32,054 bases of DNA, from contig CANLFK010000003.1 of the NCBI GenBank assembly GCA_947489925.1, forward strand, positions 1 to 32,054, in the 5' to 3' direction. Below the pieces are notes generated by a model, which did no database searches, was not told the origin of the DNA, and saw nothing but the letters and a program-made list of their open reading frames with translations. Origin of the DNA: Candidatus Caenarcanales bacterium. GTDB taxonomy: Bacteria; Cyanobacteriota; Vampirovibrionia; Caenarcaniphilales; Caenarcanaceae. Below are positions 27,954 to 32,054 of the stretch, one piece after another (the first letter of the stretch is position 1; each line of letters begins with the position of its first letter). Position numbers and translations under genes: made by a program.

Positions 27954-27996
27954 TCATAATCCAGACAATCAAATCATTATTTAATTTATATGGTAT

Positions 27997-28425
27997 TTAA
28001 GGGTGAGCAATTTGCCAGTTATCCAAACTTCCTTGATAAAGATCAAAGGTTAAAAGACTTGCATTTTTTTGCATACTGTCGAATAATTCACCTTGCAGTC
28101 TTTTTCTTTGCTCCAGACTAGACTCAGCATTAGATTTTGATAATTCAGTAAAACCTGTCAATTTTTCAAGCAAAGCCTGTTTTTGTTTTTCTAGTGGCTC
28201 TATTTTCATTGCAATGATTTTTTCTGTCTCTTCTTTTGAGACTTTACCATTTTTTTGTGCTTGCTGTATTATGAGTTTACGAGTTGTTTCAATTTTTGCA
28301 ATTACACTGCCTAGCTCAGCATTTACTTGTGCTAAACCTTGATTATTTTTTGGTCCTGGTGCGGCATTATCTATTGTTTTAGCTATGTCATAATAATTTT
28401 TGGTGTCATAATTTGGGTAACTCAT
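27997..28425 (-). CDS. Hypothetical helical/coiled-coil protein
   Basis: 142-aa ORF preceded by an AGAGGA Shine-Dalgarno-like sequence; heptad-like K/E/Q/L-rich segments. Confidence 0.75.
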   Translation of the reverse strand: MSYPNYDTKNYYDIAKTIDNAAPGPKNNQGLAQVNAELGSVIAKIETTRKLIIQQAQKNGKVSKEETEKIIAMKIEPLEKQKQALLEKLTGFTELSKSNAESSLEQRKRLQGELFDSMQKNASLLTFDLYQGSLDNWQIAHP

Positions 28426-28439
28426 AATAATTTCCTCTA

Positions 28440-28796
28440 TTAAGCAAGGCTTAAGTTTGTTGGAATTAAACCTGTTGCGATCTGTTGAAGGTTTGTGGCT
28501 ATTTTAATATTGTTGTCTAGTAGTCCTTTCACTGTTGCAACAGTGGCTTCAATTTTTTGTTTTAAAATAGCTAAAAGCTCTTGTTTTTCTTTCATTAATT
28601 CAACATCTCGAGGAGCTTTACTATTAGTAAGTTTGCCAATTTCTGCTTCTAATCCAGTGATTTTCGCTATTAAATTTGCCAGCTGAGACTTGGGGTTTGT
28701 GGAATTGTCATCAGCTCTTACATCTGTTTTTTCAGTGGCGGCTTTAGTTCGTTCAATAACTCTAGTCAAATCCCTATCAATAATAGTAGTAGCCAT
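28440..28796 (-). CDS. Hypothetical helical/coiled-coil protein
   Basis: Probable ATG at 28796 (MATTIIDR) with GAGG upstream; the ORF track extends to 28838. Amphipathic helices. Confidence 0.72.
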   Translation of the reverse strand: MATTIIDRDLTRVIERTKAATEKTDVRADDNSTNPKSQLANLIAKITGLEAEIGKLTNSKAPRDVELMKEKQELLAILKQKIEATVATVKGLLDNNIKIATNLQQIATGLIPTNLSLA

Positions 28797-28979
28797 AAAA
28801 TTAACCTCAGTAAAATATATAAGTTTATTAAAATACAATTTTTATCTTTACAAATAGACAAGTAAAAGTCGGGGAAATAATAAATATTAAATGAATTTTT
28901 TTTAAGACAGCTTATAAATTTGACAATATGAGAAACTTTTATTGAAAATTAAAAAATAAAATTAAGTAAATTCTAATAA

Positions 28980-29912
28980 ATGAAAAGCTTTTCACTAATA
29001 AAGAAAAATCAAAATCTAGTTTTCAGCAATTTATTTGATCATTTTTTTTCTAATATATTTAAATTTAGCCTGATTATTACCGTTATTTCATTGGTTTTAA
29101 TTTTGCTTTATGTTTTTTGGAATGGCTTGCAATTATTTGACAAAGTATCACCAATTGACTTTTTCACCAAAATAAATTGGGAGCCAGTTGGTCGAAAAGA
29201 ATTTGGCATTTTGCCTATGATTATTTCCTCTTTTTATATTACTTTGGTTTCAGTCATTATTAGTGCTCCAATTGGTATTTGCTGTGCTATTTATGCTGTT
29301 GAACTAGCAAATGATTCACTGCAAAAATTAATTCAGGTTTCAGTACAAATTTTGGCTGGTACTCCTTCCGTAATTTTTGGACTTTTAGGTTTATCTTTAA
29401 TTACTCCTTGGATTCAGACAATTTCACCAGTACCAGGTTTATCAATTTTGGCGGCTATTATAATTTTGTCTATTATGATTTTGCCAACTATTATTAGTAT
29501 TTCCCAAGATGCGATTCAAAGCGTCCCTAAAGAGTTCAAGCAAGCAAGTTTGGCTTTAGGAGCTACGCATTATCAAACAATTTTTAAAGTTATTTTGCCA
29601 ATTGCTAAGTCTGGTATTGTTACGGCTATTGTTTTGGCTATTAGCAGGGCTTTTGGTGAGGCTATGGCGGTTAAAATGGTAATTGGTAATATACAGACTA
29701 TGCCAAATTTTGATTCTAGCCATTGGTTTGGCTTACTTAGTCCCGCCAGAACTTTAACTACTAATATTATCGGAGATATTGAATATGCTCGTGAGGGTTC
29801 ACATTTGCAAGCTTTATTTGCGACTGGCACAATTTTATTTTTAGTTATTATGATTGTGAATTATTTTGCTTATTTAGTTCGTTATTCCAAAAAACCAAAT
29901 TTACTCAAATAA
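28980..29912 (+). CDS. pstC: Phosphate ABC transporter permease PstC
   Basis: FGILPMI, LAGTPSVIFGLLG, IMILPTIISIS, EAA-like SLALGAT and SRAFGEAMAV. Confidence 0.95.
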   Translation: MKSFSLIKKNQNLVFSNLFDHFFSNIFKFSLIITVISLVLILLYVFWNGLQLFDKVSPIDFFTKINWEPVGRKEFGILPMIISSFYITLVSVIISAPIGICCAIYAVELANDSLQKLIQVSVQILAGTPSVIFGLLGLSLITPWIQTISPVPGLSILAAIIILSIMILPTIISISQDAIQSVPKEFKQASLALGATHYQTIFKVILPIAKSGIVTAIVLAISRAFGEAMAVKMVIGNIQTMPNFDSSHWFGLLSPARTLTTNIIGDIEYAREGSHLQALFATGTILFLVIMIVNYFAYLVRYSKKPNLLK

Positions 29913-29919
29913 AAAAACA

Positions 29920-30831
29920 ATGACAAAAGCATTTTTACAAAAAAGCCAAAATATCTGCACAAAAAATAATAGACTAAAAGAAAAAGTGGCTTTTGGTTTT
30001 CTGTTTTTCTGTGCATTTTTGGTACTTTGTTTATTAGGTTTAACTTTAATTTATATATTTTCTAAGGGTTTAAAAGAGGCTTTTTCTTGGCATTATTTAT
30101 TTTCTGCCCCAATGGGCGGTCGCTCTGATACTGGTGGAATTCTTTATCCTTTAATTGGTACTTTGTATTTAATCTTGGGTGCTTTGGCAATAGCCGCTCC
30201 TATTGGTATTTCATCTGCTATTTATCTTAATGAATATGCTGACCAAAATTCTAAGTATATAAAAACAGCTCGTTTTGCAATTGATAGTTTGGCGGGAATT
30301 CCTTCGGTAATTTATGGTTTATTTGGCTTGGCTTTTTTTGTTAGTTTTTTAAGCTTTAAACATTCTTTGCTTTCTGGCTCTTTGAGCGTTGGTATTATGA
30401 TTTTACCTTTAATTATCAGAACAGCTGAAGAAGCAATTAAAAGTATTCCTCAATCTTACCGAGACGCTAGTTATGCTTTAGGAGCGAATAAAGTTCAAAC
30501 TATTTTTAAAGTAGTTTTGCCAAGTTCAATCTCGGGAATTTTAACTGGAATTATGCTAAGTATTGGGCGAGCTATCTCTGAATCAGCGGTTTTAATTTTG
30601 GCGGCTGGCGGTAGCATAACAGCTTTACCAAGATTATTTGGCTTTGATTTCCCTTTTGTTTTACCAGACTCTGGCAGAACTTTGGCTGTGCATTTATACT
30701 ATCAGGCGACTAGTTATGATGCTGGTGAAAAAGTCTTTGCAACGGCTGTTGTTTTAATTGTTTTAGTTTTAATTCTTAATTTGGTGGCTTTTTTCAGCTT
30801 TGGCAAAAAGTTTTCAATTCGTGGCAAATAA
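29920..30831 (+). CDS. pstA: Phosphate ABC transporter permease PstA
   Basis: GGILYPLIGT, AIYLNEYA, LAGIPSVIYGLFG, IIRTAEEA, ASYALGA and GRAISESA. Confidence 0.95.
   Translation: MTKAFLQKSQNICTKNNRLKEKVAFGFLFFCAFLVLCLLGLTLIYIFSKGLKEAFSWHYLFSAPMGGRSDTGGILYPLIGTLYLILGALAIAAPIGISSAIYLNEYADQNSKYIKTARFAIDSLAGIPSVIYGLFGLAFFVSFLSFKHSLLSGSLSVGIMILPLIIRTAEEAIKSIPQSYRDASYALGANKVQTIFKVVLPSSISGILTGIMLSIGRAISESAVLILAAGGSITALPRLFGFDFPFVLPDSGRTLAVHLYYQATSYDAGEKVFATAVVLIVLVLILNLVAFFSFGKKFSIRGK
30585..30694 (+). repeat. Direct repeat, copy 1 (internal to pstA)
   Basis: 110 bp AGCGGTTTTAATTTTGGCGG...TTGGCTGTGCATT, identical to 31945-32054. Confidence 0.97.
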
Positions 30832-30854
30832 TAAATTAAAGTCAAGGGCTTTCA

Positions 30855-31865
30855 CTAAGCGGGAATTTCTGCATAATCGATTCTCAAAAAGTATTTAGCA
30901 AAATCATTGTAGGTTACCGTTATGGGCTTTTTGGTATCGTGCGGGTCTTCAAGCACAATTTCTTTTTTGTCAGGGTTTACTTCTTTCAGTGCGTACGCAT
31001 GAGCAGTATGAATTTTCTTTTCTGGATCAATAAAATCACCTGAAACAGAAGAAATTCCTTTGCTAGCAACAGTAGCTGGAGATTTTTGATTATTAAAGTT
31101 ATTTAAAAAATCCAAGGTTGTAGGGTTTATTACAAAATTTTTACTACTATCCACGATGATAGTTTCTTTTATGCCCTCTATCTTCTTGCCTATAAAATTG
31201 AAGAGTGAGTTTAATGGATTTACCGAATAAGCCCATAATGGTTTTTCAACTGACTCTACTTGGCTAATTGGGAGAGTATTTGTTTTCCATGGCGTTAATG
31301 CTAAAAAAGCTTCATTGCCCTTTCCTCCCTCTAATTTTTCAGATTGAGTTTTATTTTGATCCCACAAAAAGCGGTCTGGTCGTGTTTTGCTAAATGCTAT
31401 TTCCAAAAGAGATACTAAATTAATTGAAATGTTTCCGCATTGTAGTTCTAGGTTGTCTGTAGCAGAAGCAGTTGGTTCTCCTTTATCGTCTTTGAGGATT
31501 GTCATTACTTCTTTTACTGAAACTACAACGGGTTTTCCAAACATAGTTATATTAAAACTCTCAATAATTTGCTTCTCTGGATGCCTAGGATCTTTTGCAT
31601 AATTAGGTATTATTGAATCTGATAGATGTTTTCTTCCTTCTTCCGAAAAACATAAGGCATTAATTCCCGACAAAAAGAAACAATCTCCAAAGCCCCCTTG
31701 GGTTATTTCCAAATAATCAGTCCCTATTGGTTTTTGAGAGAAGAGTTCTCCAGCTTTGTATAATTTGGGTTTTTCAGTGGGTGTTTTTGATTGCTTAACA
31801 AAAAAGCTAGAGAAATCTGCTTTCTGACTGGAGGTAGAGTTAAGTTTATTGTCTGAAAGTCCCAC
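30855..31865 (-). CDS. Calpain-like (peptidase C2) cysteine protease
   Basis: ITQGGFGDCFFLSGI (Q56, C62), LLEIAFSK, LEGG, HAYAL (H289) and VLEDPH (D307, at the usual NPW position). GTG start with AAGGA upstream. Confidence 0.82.
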   Translation of the reverse strand: MGLSDNKLNSTSSQKADFSSFFVKQSKTPTEKPKLYKAGELFSQKPIGTDYLEITQGGFGDCFFLSGINALCFSEEGRKHLSDSIIPNYAKDPRHPEKQIIESFNITMFGKPVVVSVKEVMTILKDDKGEPTASATDNLELQCGNISINLVSLLEIAFSKTRPDRFLWDQNKTQSEKLEGGKGNEAFLALTPWKTNTLPISQVESVEKPLWAYSVNPLNSLFNFIGKKIEGIKETIIVDSSKNFVINPTTLDFLNNFNNQKSPATVASKGISSVSGDFIDPEKKIHTAHAYALKEVNPDKKEIVLEDPHDTKKPITVTYNDFAKYFLRIDYAEIPA

Positions 31866-31944
31866 TTGATAGTTCCTTACTGCTGGTAATCCCTTTAATT
31901 AAATTATGTATTTTTATAGTTAAGTTTTTGTTAGCTTGGAACTT

Positions 31945-32054
31945 AGCGGTTTTAATTTTGGCGGCTGGCGGTAGCATAACAGCTTTACCAAGATTATTTG
32001 GCTTTGATTTCCCTTTTGTTTTACCAGACTCTGGCAGAACTTTGGCTGTGCATT
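31945..32054 (+). repeat. Direct repeat, copy 2: 5'-truncated pstA fragment running off the window edge
   Basis: Exact copy of 30585-30694, offset 1360 bp. Begins mid-gene with no start codon. Confidence 0.95.

Noticed and set aside
26736-28838. Genomic island integrated at tRNA-Gly
   Set aside because: I saw no duplicated tRNA 3' end and no active integrase; the only Int-like gene is 7 kb away and appears inactive.
28839-28979. Pho box upstream of pstC
   Set aside because: No convincing 11-bp-spaced direct repeats distinguishable from AT-rich background.
1305-31602. Many short ORFs antisense to or nested in long genes (e.g. 1305-1514, 3437-3724, 8060-8341, 11343-11582, 16913-17122, 24455-24790, 29573-29830, 31387-31602)
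   Set aside because: They are fully overlapped by confidently identified genes and have no recognisable motifs.
30585-32054. pstA repeat as a DGR template/variable repeat pair or a CRISPR-like repeat
   Set aside because: The copies are identical (no adenine-specific mismatches), there are only two, and no reverse transcriptase or cas gene is in the window.

Overview
AT-rich bacterial chromosomal segment, probably from a non-photosynthetic cyanobacterial relative (Vampirovibrionia/Melainabacteria-like; this is inference from cyanobacteria-like MetK, IlvB and PurL). Most of it is scattered housekeeping genes: lysS, an RND permease, ruvC, purL, tatA (missed by the ORF track), a YmdB-like phosphoesterase, ilvB, wzm/wzt, metK, aspS, dprA, nadD, pstC, pstA, a DegT aminotransferase and three tRNAs (Arg-UCU, Arg-CCG, Gly-UCC). 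The notable items are: (1) an intact XerC/XerD-like ORF directly after dprA in which every catalytic residue appears replaced; (2) an exact 110-bp direct repeat of internal pstA sequence flanking a calpain-like protease gene with an apparent Cys-His-Asp triad; (3) two MITE/REP-like inverted-repeat elements between convergent genes; (4) a toxin-first HigBA-like module with a probable leaderless promoter and palindromic operator; (5) a second, highly divergent AIM24-like paralog; (6) a pair of orphan helical proteins that may be paralogs. I saw no CRISPR array, rRNA, transposase or prophage. All protein calls are from motif recognition by eye, with no database searches.
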